Source: a virus (lineage: Duplodnaviria; Caudoviricetes). Taken from it: 64,000 bases of DNA. The notes under the pieces are model-generated. The model did no database searches. It was not told the DNA's origin and was given only the letters and a program-made list of their open reading frames with translations. The position numbers and the translations under genes were made by a program. The stretch is from positions 11,803-75,802 of IMG/VR virus record IMGVR_UViG_2811995254_000001; one strand, 5' to 3'. Within the stretch, counting starts at the first letter, position 1. Each line of letters starts with the position of its first letter. Shown piece by piece: positions 8,890 to 19,256 of the stretch.

Positions 8890-9930
8890 TTACCTATTTT
8901 GATTAAAAAATTCTTTAATAGTCATCGTTTTAGGCTTTTCTTGACTTGACAAATCATTTGATTGAGTTTGGTAATTAACGTTACCACGTTGTTTCATTAC
9001 TTCTTCAATTGCTTCAGCTCTCGCTTTATGCATTAAAGAAGAAATTGCAGTCTCTCTGTTTTTAGGGTTTAACCAAAAAACATCTTCAGCGAATTGCTTG
9101 TGGTTAAAACCTTGTTCGCTTTCATAGGTGTCTTGAACATACTTTCCTAAATCAGAAACTATTGACACAGCACTGCTCCTGTCGTTATCTGAATAGTTAT
9201 AGTCATAGTTCAATTCTTTTTGCTCTCCATTATCGTCAACCATAACTTTAAATGAAGTTGCTGTAACACTGTTCACAGCTTCTTGTACCATTTGGTTGTG
9301 TTTGACTTTGGTTTGTTGAGCAATTTCAAAATCAGATTTTTTCATATACGTACCATTGGCCAATGCTACATATTCATCTTGATTTGTATTTTGGTTCTGA
9401 GGAACTTCTTGTTTAGGGATTGGTTGTCTGTATTTTGACTGTTCTTCTAAGCGGGCATCTTTGATAGACTTTCCGTATTTTGACAACTCAATTAAATCAT
9501 TGGTAGTTAGGTTGTCCATATCATCAATGCCTAGTTTGCTTTGTAGGTAATCATTGATTTGATCATTAGATACTTTCATTCCTGATTCCTTAGCAACTTG
9601 AGCTCTTGCGAATTCAATAGGATGAATATCATCTAGATTCGTGCGTAAAGATTCAAACTCTTGACGTCCTCTTCCCGTTTCTTTTTTGTATTGAAAAAAG
9701 GCTCTGTCCTCATCATCCATTAAATCCTCATACGGATTCACTTCTTTTGTTTCAATCACCTTTTCAGGTTCTTTAAACAAGTCATCAAGTGAGTAAACCT
9801 CTCTACCTTGTTCTTTAAAGTAATTCAACACAGCTGTTTCATCAACTGTATTTACTACTGGTGTTTCTTGTTCAGCAGGTGGATTCCCATTTACATCTGG
9901 TAAGTCATTAGTATTATTTCCTTCGTTCAT
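8890..9930 (-). CDS. Scaffolding-like protein
   Basis: Acidic helical protein between portal and capsid; YKKETGRG motif. Confidence 0.7.
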   Translation of the reverse strand: MNEGNNTNDLPDVNGNPPAEQETPVVNTVDETAVLNYFKEQGREVYSLDDLFKEPEKVIETKEVNPYEDLMDDEDRAFFQYKKETGRGRQEFESLRTNLDDIHPIEFARAQVAKESGMKVSNDQINDYLQSKLGIDDMDNLTTNDLIELSKYGKSIKDARLEEQSKYRQPIPKQEVPQNQNTNQDEYVALANGTYMKKSDFEIAQQTKVKHNQMVQEAVNSVTATSFKVMVDDNGEQKELNYDYNYSDNDRSSAVSIVSDLGKYVQDTYESEQGFNHKQFAEDVFWLNPKNRETAISSLMHKARAEAIEEVMKQRGNVNYQTQSNDLSSQEKPKTMTIKEFFNQNR

Positions 9931-9943
9931 AGCAATTTTGTTA

Positions 9944-9990
9944 ATAGATTAAAACTATCAAGTAGTTCAAAGATAATAAATAAAACTTAT
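9944..9990 (-). promoter_or_regulatory. Late promoter TATCTTTG flanked by two ATAR-N7-YTAT boxes
   Basis: -7 box at 9968-9975; boxes at 9976-9990 and 9944-9958. Confidence 0.7.
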
Positions 9991-10029
9991 TTTACATGTA
10001 ATTTATATAAAATATTACATGTAAAAATA

Positions 10030-12414
10030 TTATTCAAGCCAACTACTTTCCTCAAAATCAATTGGTGCTAAATTATTATGTCTTTGAGTAATCATTTTTG
10101 ATTGTTGAGAAGCTTGTATTTTGGTTCGTTCATCTTTTTTTGATTCCTTATAAGCTTCCAAGTTTTCTTTTCCTTTAGCAGCAATCTGTGCTAAATACAC
10201 ATCTTGTTGAAACTTCTCGTCTTCTTTTGGTTTGTTAACCTCATTCATCGCTTGCTGTTTCATCACTTCGATTTGTGCCATTTCGGAAGCGAATTGTAGA
10301 TCAATCTGTTTCTTATATTGGTAAGCTTCAGTTTCAGATTGAACTCTAGATTGAGCAGCCATTGCATCAGCTTGAGATTTAACTTGAAGCATTCTCTCGT
10401 TTTCATCTGCTTTCATCTGCATATTCTTTCTACGGCGATACGCTAAGTATTGTTTTGCTAGTTTTGGATTAGTTTTAAAGATGTTCATTGCCTCGGATTT
10501 TTCTTCAACCGAAATAGAACCTTCTTGTAAAGCAATATTCATATCTTCTCTAAATTCTTGCATAGCTTCCATTGCAGGGACGATATTGAATGTAAATCCA
10601 AACTCATGAAGATGTCTATTCTTTAAAACAGATAAATGATCATTGAAGTGCTTTGAAATTACGTTATCATATAATTTTCGAATATGAGAAGCTTCTGAAT
10701 AGTTGTAGATCGATTGAATACGTGTAGAAATCAATTCGCTTAATTTCAATCGGAATCTTACCCAAGTATCTACGATATCTTTTGTTGCACGGTTACCTGC
10801 TAATCGGTTCATTTCAGAAACTCCAACTAGTGCGTTTGAACCGATAGAGCCATCTACAGCTGGGTTAATACCAGTATTCTCACGAATTAAATTATAGTCA
10901 TTTGCCCAACTGTTCAATAAGGTGGTTATTTGATTCCCTTGGCCAGCAGGTTTTACATTTACTGCTCCAGCATCTTTGATTCCATCTTCACCAAGATTAA
11001 TTCTTTTTTTAAGTACAATACTTTTAGTTTCGAATAAATCAAATGCTTCTTGCCAGGCTGCTCTTTTAGTCCCTCCTTCACTTGGTAATTCTGCTAATGA
11101 ATCTAAATCTATCTCAATTACATCCGATCTCAACTCGTTCAATAACTGTTTAATCTTTAAAGCTGTTAACTGCATTCCATCTGCGATAACTTCTATTTCA
11201 TCAGTAAACGAATACAGCTTGTTGTTATAGATATCAAGTGCATGTGTTAGGAATGGCGACATCGCTTTGTTCATCACATCGTCATACATATTCTCACATT
11301 CTTTCCACCCATATAAATAATCAGTACCAATAACATAGTTACCTTCAAACCAAGTGTCAAATGTTTTTTCTAAAGTTCCTGCATCAATTCTGTTTGGTGC
11401 TTCAAAATCTTCATTTCGTTTAGATAATTTTACTACTTCTCCTTTTCTTATTTTTTGCTTGTACTTAATTGTTTTGACTGTTTTCCAAGCGAATCGAAGC
11501 ACATCAACCTTATGACCTTGTAGTTTGTCATAGTTTTCTGCAGGAGTCAATCCTGTATTCCAATTATAACCATATCCTTTGGCTACATCTCTAGCTTTTT
11601 CTAAACTAAGTCCGCTCTCTCTAATCAAATCAGAAACAGTAATCGTATCAACAACCCCTTCGTAGAACTTGTCATCGAAATTATTTTTCTTGACAAAAGA
11701 GTGCACATAGTTTTCAGGGTCCACATAAGCTAATTTTACTCCATCGCTTTTGTCGGTATAAACACGAGTAATCATGATACCACAGTTGACTAAATCTGCA
11801 CGAAGTTGGGCATCAAGTTCTAGCCAATCATTTGTTTTAAGAATCCAATCGATTAGTAGCTCTTCAGCAATTTCAATTTTTGGTCTGTCTTTTATTGCAA
11901 CAAATAATTCAAGTTCTTCTTCGTCTTCAGGTACAAATGAATTAGGCATTAAATCGATTCCTAATTCTTTTTTTGCTTTGTTTAATAGACCAGAGCTTGT
12001 CATGTATTTTCGATACTCATTCATCTTCTCTTCATTCATTTTAACCGTTATCTTATCGGTTGAACGAATATCAAGGGAATAGTTCTCAGGCGACATGCCA
12101 TTGATCACAATGTTACAGAATTTTCGAGCGATATTGATATATCGGAAGTCAATGTTTAGATACTTTAAGCTGTTTTTATTACTCGCTAAAAGCTTTTTGA
12201 ATTGATTAACGTCTTTCTCCCCACGAACAAACTTTCGTTTATTTACAATAGACTCTCGTCGAGTATTGAAAGCGCAATTACCACTTCCTATAATTCCACC
12301 TGCAAACCATTGGCTAGAAATGAATCTTGCCACATTAAGTCCGCACTCTTTATCTTTCTTTTGCTCAAATGGAACAAAAGGATCTATCGGTTTTAAATTG
12401 TTATCTTGTTTCAT
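10030..12414 (-). CDS. Portal protein
   Basis: 794 aa downstream of terminase; YLNID....I..KF.NI..NG, YVDP.N, IR..TGIN...DG; C-terminal coiled coil. Confidence 0.9.
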   Translation of the reverse strand: MKQDNNLKPIDPFVPFEQKKDKECGLNVARFISSQWFAGGIIGSGNCAFNTRRESIVNKRKFVRGEKDVNQFKKLLASNKNSLKYLNIDFRYINIARKFCNIVINGMSPENYSLDIRSTDKITVKMNEEKMNEYRKYMTSSGLLNKAKKELGIDLMPNSFVPEDEEELELFVAIKDRPKIEIAEELLIDWILKTNDWLELDAQLRADLVNCGIMITRVYTDKSDGVKLAYVDPENYVHSFVKKNNFDDKFYEGVVDTITVSDLIRESGLSLEKARDVAKGYGYNWNTGLTPAENYDKLQGHKVDVLRFAWKTVKTIKYKQKIRKGEVVKLSKRNEDFEAPNRIDAGTLEKTFDTWFEGNYVIGTDYLYGWKECENMYDDVMNKAMSPFLTHALDIYNNKLYSFTDEIEVIADGMQLTALKIKQLLNELRSDVIEIDLDSLAELPSEGGTKRAAWQEAFDLFETKSIVLKKRINLGEDGIKDAGAVNVKPAGQGNQITTLLNSWANDYNLIRENTGINPAVDGSIGSNALVGVSEMNRLAGNRATKDIVDTWVRFRLKLSELISTRIQSIYNYSEASHIRKLYDNVISKHFNDHLSVLKNRHLHEFGFTFNIVPAMEAMQEFREDMNIALQEGSISVEEKSEAMNIFKTNPKLAKQYLAYRRRKNMQMKADENERMLQVKSQADAMAAQSRVQSETEAYQYKKQIDLQFASEMAQIEVMKQQAMNEVNKPKEDEKFQQDVYLAQIAAKGKENLEAYKESKKDERTKIQASQQSKMITQRHNNLAPIDFEESSWLE

Positions 12415-14644
12415 ATGCTTTAGAAATGTAACCTGAGTTATCGTATGTAGTGAATGGATTTATATCTAGTGGTTTTTCGGGTTCTTCTAGTTGGACTTTT
12501 ACCCTACTTTGATTTGCAAGTAATGCGAGTGAGGAAGAGATGTAGGCATCATATTTGGTTCTCTTTGTTGTGTCAACTTCCTTCCATTGAATTAATGTTC
12601 TAGTAAAGGGCATGTTTCCCATTTCTCCAATTGACCTGTTTGAACTATCCCTTGCTACTCCTATATGATCTTCAATAAAAGCTTCTACAGCGTAAAATTG
12701 TTGTTCACCTATTTTACCATCTTGTGGAGGAACACCTCCAAACTCTTGTTCAGTTGCAGATAATTCTTTCCATTTCTTGAAAGGATTATTTAATACAAAA
12801 TGTCGATACCCCCTATCTTTGATATATTGTAGAAACTTTTCATTCGAGAGTTCTGGTAAGAAAGGCATTGAGTAATAAACATGAACCATAATTACATCCT
12901 CAAAGAATAGTTCTACTTTCTTTGCTCTATCAATGTATTCTACAATAAATGCGTAATTGGGAAAATAGGTATTGTATTTAGTGACAATATGTATTGAACC
13001 TTGAGAACCTCTGCCATCTACTGTTTTACTACGGTTATAAGGATCCACAGCTCCAGCGCCTATATGAGAATTTTTAGGAGCCCAAGCTAAAATCCCATGA
13101 AACATTCTCTTCTCTTTCAAGTTTCGTATTTCTTGAGGTGGGTGGCATCCTTTTCTGATCCAGAATCTTCCATTTATTGGGTCTGGTCGCCAAATAACTT
13201 CAGTATCTTGAATACCATCTTTCCATGTGAAATTACCTCTCTCAATATCATCATTGACATAAGTGTTCGCATCCTCGTCAAGTTCTTCTGAATTATGTTC
13301 TATTTGTTCTGTTAGATGTACAATATTGAAATCACAGTCATCACTTTCGTCACGGAAAGCATCTGATGGAGAGTCTGGAAATTGACGTTTAAATTCATAT
13401 TCTTTTTCGGGATCATCTTTTAAAGCTTCAATTTCTTGTTTCAAGAATGTATCTGCACCAATTGAAACTTTTTTCCCAAGGTCATTTGTAGTAGGTTCTT
13501 TCGGGTCCTCAACAATACTAAATCCATATTCGTCAAAGAAACCTTCTAAACAATATTTAGCAGCAATAAATATTCGATATAATCCTGACTTGGTTTGACC
13601 GTTCTTGTTTCGGTTTGATATATTGCTATCATCCCAAATTTTCTTGAATCCTGCACCACCTTTTTTCATTGCGTTTACAGTAGAAACAACCATCGATTTA
13701 CCGACGATATTACTACCTAGTCTGTGGGCTGTTTTTACAATTTGCCAATATTCATCAAATGGTACTTCTTTAGGGTATTTTCCTGATTCATCCAAGAGAG
13801 AACGGAATATTTCCTCACCATCCATCGCGTTCATCTCTGTATTATGCCAGGAGATAGAAGTGTCAAGTCCTTGGCCTTCTTCTACTGTTTCGCCTTGCTT
13901 ACGTTTTTTGGTTTGCTCAGTGAATACAAGTTCTGTTTTTGGAGTATTGGTACCGTCTGTTTCCGGTTTAAAGAAAGGAGGATAACGTTTAAAGGCACGT
14001 ACTAAGCGATTGAAAATCTTTTTAGCATCACTACCTTTCTTGGAAATCATACCAAGTATTTTATTTTCATGGATAGAACCGCTTTCAAGCATTTCATTAT
14101 TACCAAGTGCGGATGCTCCAAAACGTCTATTCTTAACGTACTGCATTCCATAACAGCGTTCATCAGCTTTACAAGCCTCCCAAAAAATCATTAATTCATT
14201 TTGAATAATACGAAGCTTTGGATAATCAGAACCTTCACGAAACCATTGTAGAAAATGCCAGTAGGTACCAGTCATGTAAACTGGATTGCCATTTAAGTAA
14301 ATCCAAACCCCTTCATCACGGTACTTGAATTGCCGTTCTACAAATTCAGTAAACTTTGCATCCCAACAATTTTCAGCATTCATTCCTTTGGGTAATTCTT
14401 CTCGTACCCATTTTTGAAGCTTTTGAGGTTTGTCAAAATTGATTATTTCTTTTTTATCAGGTATTTGAGGTAACCCGATTGGTATGCCATAAACATCAAA
14501 TATTTCGCCAAGAGTACCATCTTTTGAAATAATTACAACATCTATAATAGCGTTATAACCATACTCCCAAGATTTTGTTTTATTCTTGGCAATACGGAGT
14601 TTTTCATCAACTCTATCTTCAATCTTGGTACCTAAGTAATACAT
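12401..14644 (-). CDS. terL: Terminase large subunit
   Basis: Walker A-like KNRRFGAS, Walker B LLDESGK, VSTVN coupling motif, nuclease AVDPY and KYDAYISSSLA. Confidence 0.93.
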   Translation of the reverse strand: MYYLGTKIEDRVDEKLRIAKNKTKSWEYGYNAIIDVVIISKDGTLGEIFDVYGIPIGLPQIPDKKEIINFDKPQKLQKWVREELPKGMNAENCWDAKFTEFVERQFKYRDEGVWIYLNGNPVYMTGTYWHFLQWFREGSDYPKLRIIQNELMIFWEACKADERCYGMQYVKNRRFGASALGNNEMLESGSIHENKILGMISKKGSDAKKIFNRLVRAFKRYPPFFKPETDGTNTPKTELVFTEQTKKRKQGETVEEGQGLDTSISWHNTEMNAMDGEEIFRSLLDESGKYPKEVPFDEYWQIVKTAHRLGSNIVGKSMVVSTVNAMKKGGAGFKKIWDDSNISNRNKNGQTKSGLYRIFIAAKYCLEGFFDEYGFSIVEDPKEPTTNDLGKKVSIGADTFLKQEIEALKDDPEKEYEFKRQFPDSPSDAFRDESDDCDFNIVHLTEQIEHNSEELDEDANTYVNDDIERGNFTWKDGIQDTEVIWRPDPINGRFWIRKGCHPPQEIRNLKEKRMFHGILAWAPKNSHIGAGAVDPYNRSKTVDGRGSQGSIHIVTKYNTYFPNYAFIVEYIDRAKKVELFFEDVIMVHVYYSMPFLPELSNEKFLQYIKDRGYRHFVLNNPFKKWKELSATEQEFGGVPPQDGKIGEQQFYAVEAFIEDHIGVARDSSNRSIGEMGNMPFTRTLIQWKEVDTTKRTKYDAYISSSLALLANQSRVKVQLEEPEKPLDINPFTTYDNSGYISKAYETR

Positions 14645-14670
14645 TCCTATTTAAGCTTTTAAACTTCAAT

Positions 14671-14698
14671 AGGCTTTTTGTTTTGACAATTATTTTTT
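14671..14698 (-). repeat. 28-bp direct repeat, copy 1
   Basis: AGGCTTTTTGTTTTGACAATTATTTTTT, identical to 16731-16758. Confidence 0.9.
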
Positions 14699-15049
14699 GG
14701 TGTGCCTTTTTAATGGGTTTTTATTGGCTGGTGTAGATTTCGCTTCTTCTTCATTTTCTACAACATCCCAAAATGTAGGATCGTGTAATTCTCTTTCTAA
14801 TTCGTTTATTTTACCTAAAATACCATTTGCTCTATCCAAAGCAGCATCTCGTACGCCAATAAATGAGTAGAGTTGTTGTTCTGCTGTTCTGATAGTATTC
14901 CCATCTTCATCGTCTTCATCTTCAAAATCAGGAAGTTTTTTAGAAACAGCCTCAAAAGTCATATCAACCAATTTTTGATATTTTTCAATAAGCTTTGGTA
15001 TTTCTTCCTCTCTTTGCTTTTGTAATTTTCCGTTACTCATACTATCCAA
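14690..15049 (-). CDS. Putative terminase small subunit
   Basis: Small helical protein directly upstream of terL; positional inference. Confidence 0.5.
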   Translation of the reverse strand: MDSMSNGKLQKQREEEIPKLIEKYQKLVDMTFEAVSKKLPDFEDEDDEDGNTIRTAEQQLYSFIGVRDAALDRANGILGKINELERELHDPTFWDVVENEEEAKSTPANKNPLKRHTKK

Positions 15050-15635
15050 CTTTAGCTAAACAATCTTTTGTTCTAATCCAAGTATATTCTTTACCATCGA
15101 TATACACATCAACTCCGTAGTAGTCATTATATCGGATGGTGTCGCCCTTACTTACTTCATCCCTAAGCAAATCATCATTTGGAATTTCGACAATAGCCAC
15201 TCCTTTTAATGCTTTAGGTTTTGAAATTTCAGTAATTATTAAACCGGATTTCTTTTCTTCTCCTGAATCCATCACTTTAGAAACGATTACATTTTCATTA
15301 AAACCCTTCCATTCGCTATTTTCATCCTTTCGGATAGCAAGTATCATGTTTGCTTGAACTTTAAAGAAACCTTTGTGTCCTGATATTTCATTATTAGCTC
15401 CTTTCCCATGGTCATAAAGGTTTTGAAAATAAATAGTCGGATCAATAAAAGCTTGATATCCTACAATGTCCTCGTCTTCATAGTTTAATGGCATTGCTTT
15501 AATTTCTACTTCTCTTTGAGCCAATCTCTTTTGTAGGAATCGGTTATCTCCAAAAAGTTCTAATCCACTTTCTGTTTTAAAAGTTTCATTAAAGACAATG
15601 TCTGTATAAACAATAAAGTCATGTATTGATTTCAT
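15042..15635 (-). CDS. Tandem GroES-like domain protein
   Basis: Two mobile-loop motifs (KTESGLEL, KKSGLIIT) and VSKGDTI...YIDGKEY. Confidence 0.7.
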   Translation of the reverse strand: MKSIHDFIVYTDIVFNETFKTESGLELFGDNRFLQKRLAQREVEIKAMPLNYEDEDIVGYQAFIDPTIYFQNLYDHGKGANNEISGHKGFFKVQANMILAIRKDENSEWKGFNENVIVSKVMDSGEEKKSGLIITEISKPKALKGVAIVEIPNDDLLRDEVSKGDTIRYNDYYGVDVYIDGKEYTWIRTKDCLAKVG

Positions 15636-15680
15636 AGATAAAAACTATTACAAGTTAATTCAAAGATAGAAAAATTCTAT
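15634..15680 (-). promoter_or_regulatory. Late promoter TATCTTTG flanked by two ATAG-N7-CTAT boxes
   Basis: -7 box at 15661-15668; boxes at 15666-15680 and 15634-15648. Confidence 0.7.
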
Positions 15681-15726
15681 GTAAATTTTATACAAATTCA
15701 ATACAAAACAATAAAACCGATTATTA

Positions 15727-16164
15727 TTATAATCGGCTTAGTTTTTTTAAGGGTTTCCTAAATATGTAAATAAGAAATACTACTATAATTAAAGGCAGAA
15801 TAATCCCCCACCAATTGAACTGCTTTCGGTCAGTTATTTTATCTTTTGTTGTGCTCTTATCCTTGGTGCTTTCTTGAATATCCTCTTCTTTTTTATTTTC
15901 TTTTTCAACACTTTCTTCTTTTCCTTTTTCCTTTTCTTCGGAACTTGGGTTATAGATTGTTCGTTTACCGTTTTGTTCAACTATCGAATCGGCTTTAAAA
16001 ACTCTTGAAGTCTCGTATATTTTAATCTTACTTCTTTCAATTTCAAGCTCTTTTATTTTTACACTAAGATTGGTTTCGATATCATTGATTCTCTTTTGTA
16101 ATTCTACTTTACGCGAACCGCAGTTCATTAAAAGAATTGAGAGTAGGATGATTGAATACTTCAT
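15727..16164 (-). CDS. Putative unimolecular spanin
   Basis: Lipoprotein signal (LLMN-C) plus C-terminal TM helix, following the endolysin. Confidence 0.65.
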   Translation of the reverse strand: MKYSIILLSILLMNCGSRKVELQKRINDIETNLSVKIKELEIERSKIKIYETSRVFKADSIVEQNGKRTIYNPSSEEKEKGKEESVEKENKKEEDIQESTKDKSTTKDKITDRKQFNWWGIILPLIIVVFLIYIFRKPLKKLSRL

Positions 16165-16166
16165 GA

Positions 16167-16709
16167 CTATTTATTTTTATCCCATTTTATTAACCACTCA
16201 AGCACAATCTCAACCAAGCAATCTTCATTATCGTGGAATGCTTTCATATCTCCAGTATTGGTAATAAAACAAAACTCAATAAGAACAGTAATACCTCCTT
16301 TTGACAAAATACCTATTTTACCTCTTGCGGTTTGTGATTCTTTTCTAACACCTCTATTGGGAATTCCCATAGATTTAGAACAATTATCAACAAGTTCTTG
16401 GGCGGCAATTAAGGTTTCAACGCTTGCATTGTCATGAACAAATACTCCACAACCAGTTGCAGTAGGTCCTGCTGCGTCAAGGTGCATATCTAAAAGTACG
16501 TCCCCTTTTACAGGTCTTATTCTAGATTGGTATTGTGAATTTGTTTCATGATTTTGGTCAGTAATATACTTATGACCTTTTTGTTCAAGTCTTTTGATAA
16601 GTTTGTTTCTAAACCTATCCATTTCTTTCATTTCGGTAAATCCATTTGCGACTGCTCCAGGATCTTTGTCGTGATGTCCCGCACTAGGATAAGACATTTC
16701 GTTTGCCAT
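16167..16709 (-). CDS. Endolysin, N-acetylmuramoyl-L-alanine amidase (Amidase_3)
   Basis: SAGH...E...MHLDA...VLIEFCFITN zinc-amidase motifs. Confidence 0.92.
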   Translation of the reverse strand: MANEMSYPSAGHHDKDPGAVANGFTEMKEMDRFRNKLIKRLEQKGHKYITDQNHETNSQYQSRIRPVKGDVLLDMHLDAAGPTATGCGVFVHDNASVETLIAAQELVDNCSKSMGIPNRGVRKESQTARGKIGILSKGGITVLIEFCFITNTGDMKAFHDNEDCLVEIVLEWLIKWDKNK

Positions 16710-16730
16710 TTCAATTCTATTAAAAGTGAA

Positions 16731-16758
16731 AGGCTTTTTGTTTTGACAATTATTTTTT
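16731..16758 (-). repeat. 28-bp direct repeat, copy 2
   Basis: Identical to 14671-14698. Confidence 0.9.
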
Positions 16759-17202
16759 TGAGTTTTTCAATTCCTCGATTAACTCTTTATTATCATTAAA
16801 GAATTTTATTAGTTCTGCTGGATTATGCTTTAGAGCATATCGAAACTTTTCATTAGATTTTTCCTTAACAGATTTCCATTCCGTATAAACTAATACAATA
16901 GCCCCGAAGATAGACAGTAAAGGCAAAGTAATAATTTCAAAGTAAGCGAACATTGGATTCAACACATCTAAGAACAACATAAATAACATAAAGGCTAAAT
17001 ACTCTACAACTTTTTTAGAAGTCATTCTAAGACCATAAGAATGAGTATAAACACCTTGTTCTTTTGATTTTCTAATTCCAAAATACAAGTCAACACCAAT
17101 TGAAAATAAAACAATTAACCATGCAGTGAAAACCAGTATTAATTGAATAAAGATTGAATCAAAATCTTTCGCTAGTAAGTAATGTATCATATCGAATAGC
17201 AT
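16750..17202 (-). CDS. Holin
   Basis: Three TM helices, DL..G..K...S.GLR.T..K...Y and E..SV.E motifs; upstream of the amidase. Confidence 0.85.
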   Translation of the reverse strand: MLFDMIHYLLAKDFDSIFIQLILVFTAWLIVLFSIGVDLYFGIRKSKEQGVYTHSYGLRMTSKKVVEYLAFMLFMLFLDVLNPMFAYFEIITLPLLSIFGAIVLVYTEWKSVKEKSNEKFRYALKHNPAELIKFFNDNKELIEELKNSKK

Positions 17203-17211
17203 ATTGTTTGA

Positions 17212-17562
17212 TTATTCCATGTTTTGAAATTCCCCAGTCATCGGATTGATATTTACTCTACCGTATGTTTGTGTAAACTCGTTTATTAGCTTTTGCCTTT
17301 CAAAAAGAACTTCTGAATTGGAGCCATCTAAAACGTTTTTTGCTTGTTTCAGTTCGAACTCACGTTGATATAATTCCGCGGCTTGTTGGTTGATTTGTTC
17401 CAACTTCTGATTAGATTCTTGCAGCTTTGCCAAATGTAATGGAGAGATCTTGTTTACTGTTTCTTCAACTTTATCCTCTACTGATGTTTGTGTTTGTTTT
17501 TCTTTGTTCATTTTTTCTATTTTTAAATTAAAGATTGTTTTTTCTAAATATTCCTGTATCAA
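17212..17562 (-). CDS. Coiled-coil protein (possible tail chaperone)
   Basis: C-terminal YG.VNIN..TGE motif common after flavophage tail genes; start may be the internal MNKEK. Confidence 0.55.
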   Translation of the reverse strand: MIQEYLEKTIFNLKIEKMNKEKQTQTSVEDKVEETVNKISPLHLAKLQESNQKLEQINQQAAELYQREFELKQAKNVLDGSNSEVLFERQKLINEFTQTYGRVNINPMTGEFQNME

Positions 17563-18496
17563 TTACGCCGTAGTACACGTCTAAAATTGGAGGATTGTTT
17601 TCATCATACATTGTCATATCTACCCAAACTTTGTTCTCTTTGAAAGCGTGAATAGGTATTTTTTGTCCTACTGATATTAGAGTGTCAAAATATTTTATGC
17701 AATTAGTTCCTCGAATATTTTCAACATATACTTTGTAAGGGGATTTGTCTCCTGAAAATAACTGTGTGAAATAATCATGAGCTTCTGTATCTTGTGAATA
17801 TCCATGAAAATCTAAATTTGTACTTCTAGTATTCCATCCCATATTTTCTAATAACTTACTATGGGAAATGTATCTTCTCACTCCAGATTCATTGAGATTA
17901 ATCAAATTGATTGCATTGAAATTAACTAGCGGAACATTTACAGGAATGTATGATAGCTTTCTTGTAAAGTAAATTTTGATTCTCTTTCTAGTATCTTCTG
18001 TATAATTTACTCCATCATCTGAGTATGTGAAATCAATACTTGATTCAAGAACATGGTTGTCTTGAAACCCGCTGCCATATGAATTTTGAAATGTATAATT
18101 GAAGTTTTCAAAATCACTTTTTGTAATTATAGTTCCAATATTCACATCCCCAATTAGAGTGCCATTTAGTGAGTATTTTCTTAAGTTCCCATTTCCTATA
18201 CTTGCTAGTTTTACACTATGAAATTCCCTTCCTGCGTTTGCCTTATAGGGTGGATAGGTGTCTGTTGTAAGGTCATTGTAACCTAAGCGGTATCCTTGTC
18301 TTCTATCAACAATAGCATCCTGAATACCTTCAATACTAGGCAATTCATTAATATTGTTTTTGAAGGCGTCCCAACAATAAATAATTGAGTTATCACCAAC
18401 TCTGAGTGAACTACTTTCCTCTTGTCTTACTGCTATTAATCTAATCTCTGCCATATTATAAACCTGAATATTGACCACTTCCAACGTCTGCGACAT
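17528..18496 (-). CDS. Tail-associated structural protein
   Basis: Beta-rich; in tail cluster; true start is probably MAEIRL (18454). Confidence 0.55.
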   Translation of the reverse strand: MSQTLEVVNIQVYNMAEIRLIAVRQEESSSLRVGDNSIIYCWDAFKNNINELPSIEGIQDAIVDRRQGYRLGYNDLTTDTYPPYKANAGREFHSVKLASIGNGNLRKYSLNGTLIGDVNIGTIITKSDFENFNYTFQNSYGSGFQDNHVLESSIDFTYSDDGVNYTEDTRKRIKIYFTRKLSYIPVNVPLVNFNAINLINLNESGVRRYISHSKLLENMGWNTRSTNLDFHGYSQDTEAHDYFTQLFSGDKSPYKVYVENIRGTNCIKYFDTLISVGQKIPIHAFKENKVWVDMTMYDENNPPILDVYYGVIDTGIFRKNNL

Positions 18497-19253
18497 CGAA
18501 TTTGATAGTTGTTACAACACCTTCTGCTGTCCCTGGAGGGTAGAAAGCTTTTATCTCTCCAGATTCTAAATTAGTCGCGAAAAACTCTTGCCCATTTATA
18601 ACTCTAATCCCGTTGAATGTTACAATCGCATCACCTTGAATGTTTGGTATTATTATTTTTAAGGGCGCATCACCTTCAGGATCTCCATAAGGTGGTGTTG
18701 TATCCACGGTGAATACGTTTATGTTCAACGGTACAAGCATTCCAATTGGGCAGTCTATGGTATTATTTCCGATAGAATTCGGTGGTTGATTTACAGCTGA
18801 TACAACATTGATAAATAACTTTGCCGATTCGTTAATGTAGCCCGAAATTGTATTAGCTATGCTATTAAATGCTGATGCGGTGTATTCCACGTAGTCAGTA
18901 CCAATTGAATTGCCTTTTACTTTAAATAAGGACGCATCAAGAATTTCTTTATCTATAACTCCATTTTGTACTTCGTCACTAACATATCTAAGGATTTGAT
19001 TATTATTCGTTAATGTTGCTATTGTTGCGGTACCTGAAGGACGTAAAATGTTATTTACTTCTATTCCTGGTGCAAGTATTTTGATTCCAGCAATAGGACG
19101 ATCAAATTCATGATGATAACTTGGAGTAGAATTAGTTAATTCTGCCCTAGTTATACTTACTGTTTGTCCAACAACAACGCGAATTCTTACATCTCCAATT
19201 CGTTCTGGTGGGATGTTACTATTAGTTGCAATTATTTTTACTTCTGCTGACAT
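18456..19253 (-). CDS. Tail-associated Ig/cadherin-like protein
   Basis: NQPP...DPEGD...F.VAD cadherin-like pattern. Confidence 0.6.
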   Translation of the reverse strand: MSAEVKIIATNSNIPPERIGDVRIRVVVGQTVSITRAELTNSTPSYHHEFDRPIAGIKILAPGIEVNNILRPSGTATIATLTNNNQILRYVSDEVQNGVIDKEILDASLFKVKGNSIGTDYVEYTASAFNSIANTISGYINESAKLFINVVSAVNQPPNSIGNNTIDCPIGMLVPLNINVFTVDTTPPYGDPEGDAPLKIIIPNIQGDAIVTFNGIRVINGQEFFATNLESGEIKAFYPPGTAEGVVTTIKFDVADVGSGQYSGL

Positions 19254-19256
19254 AAT

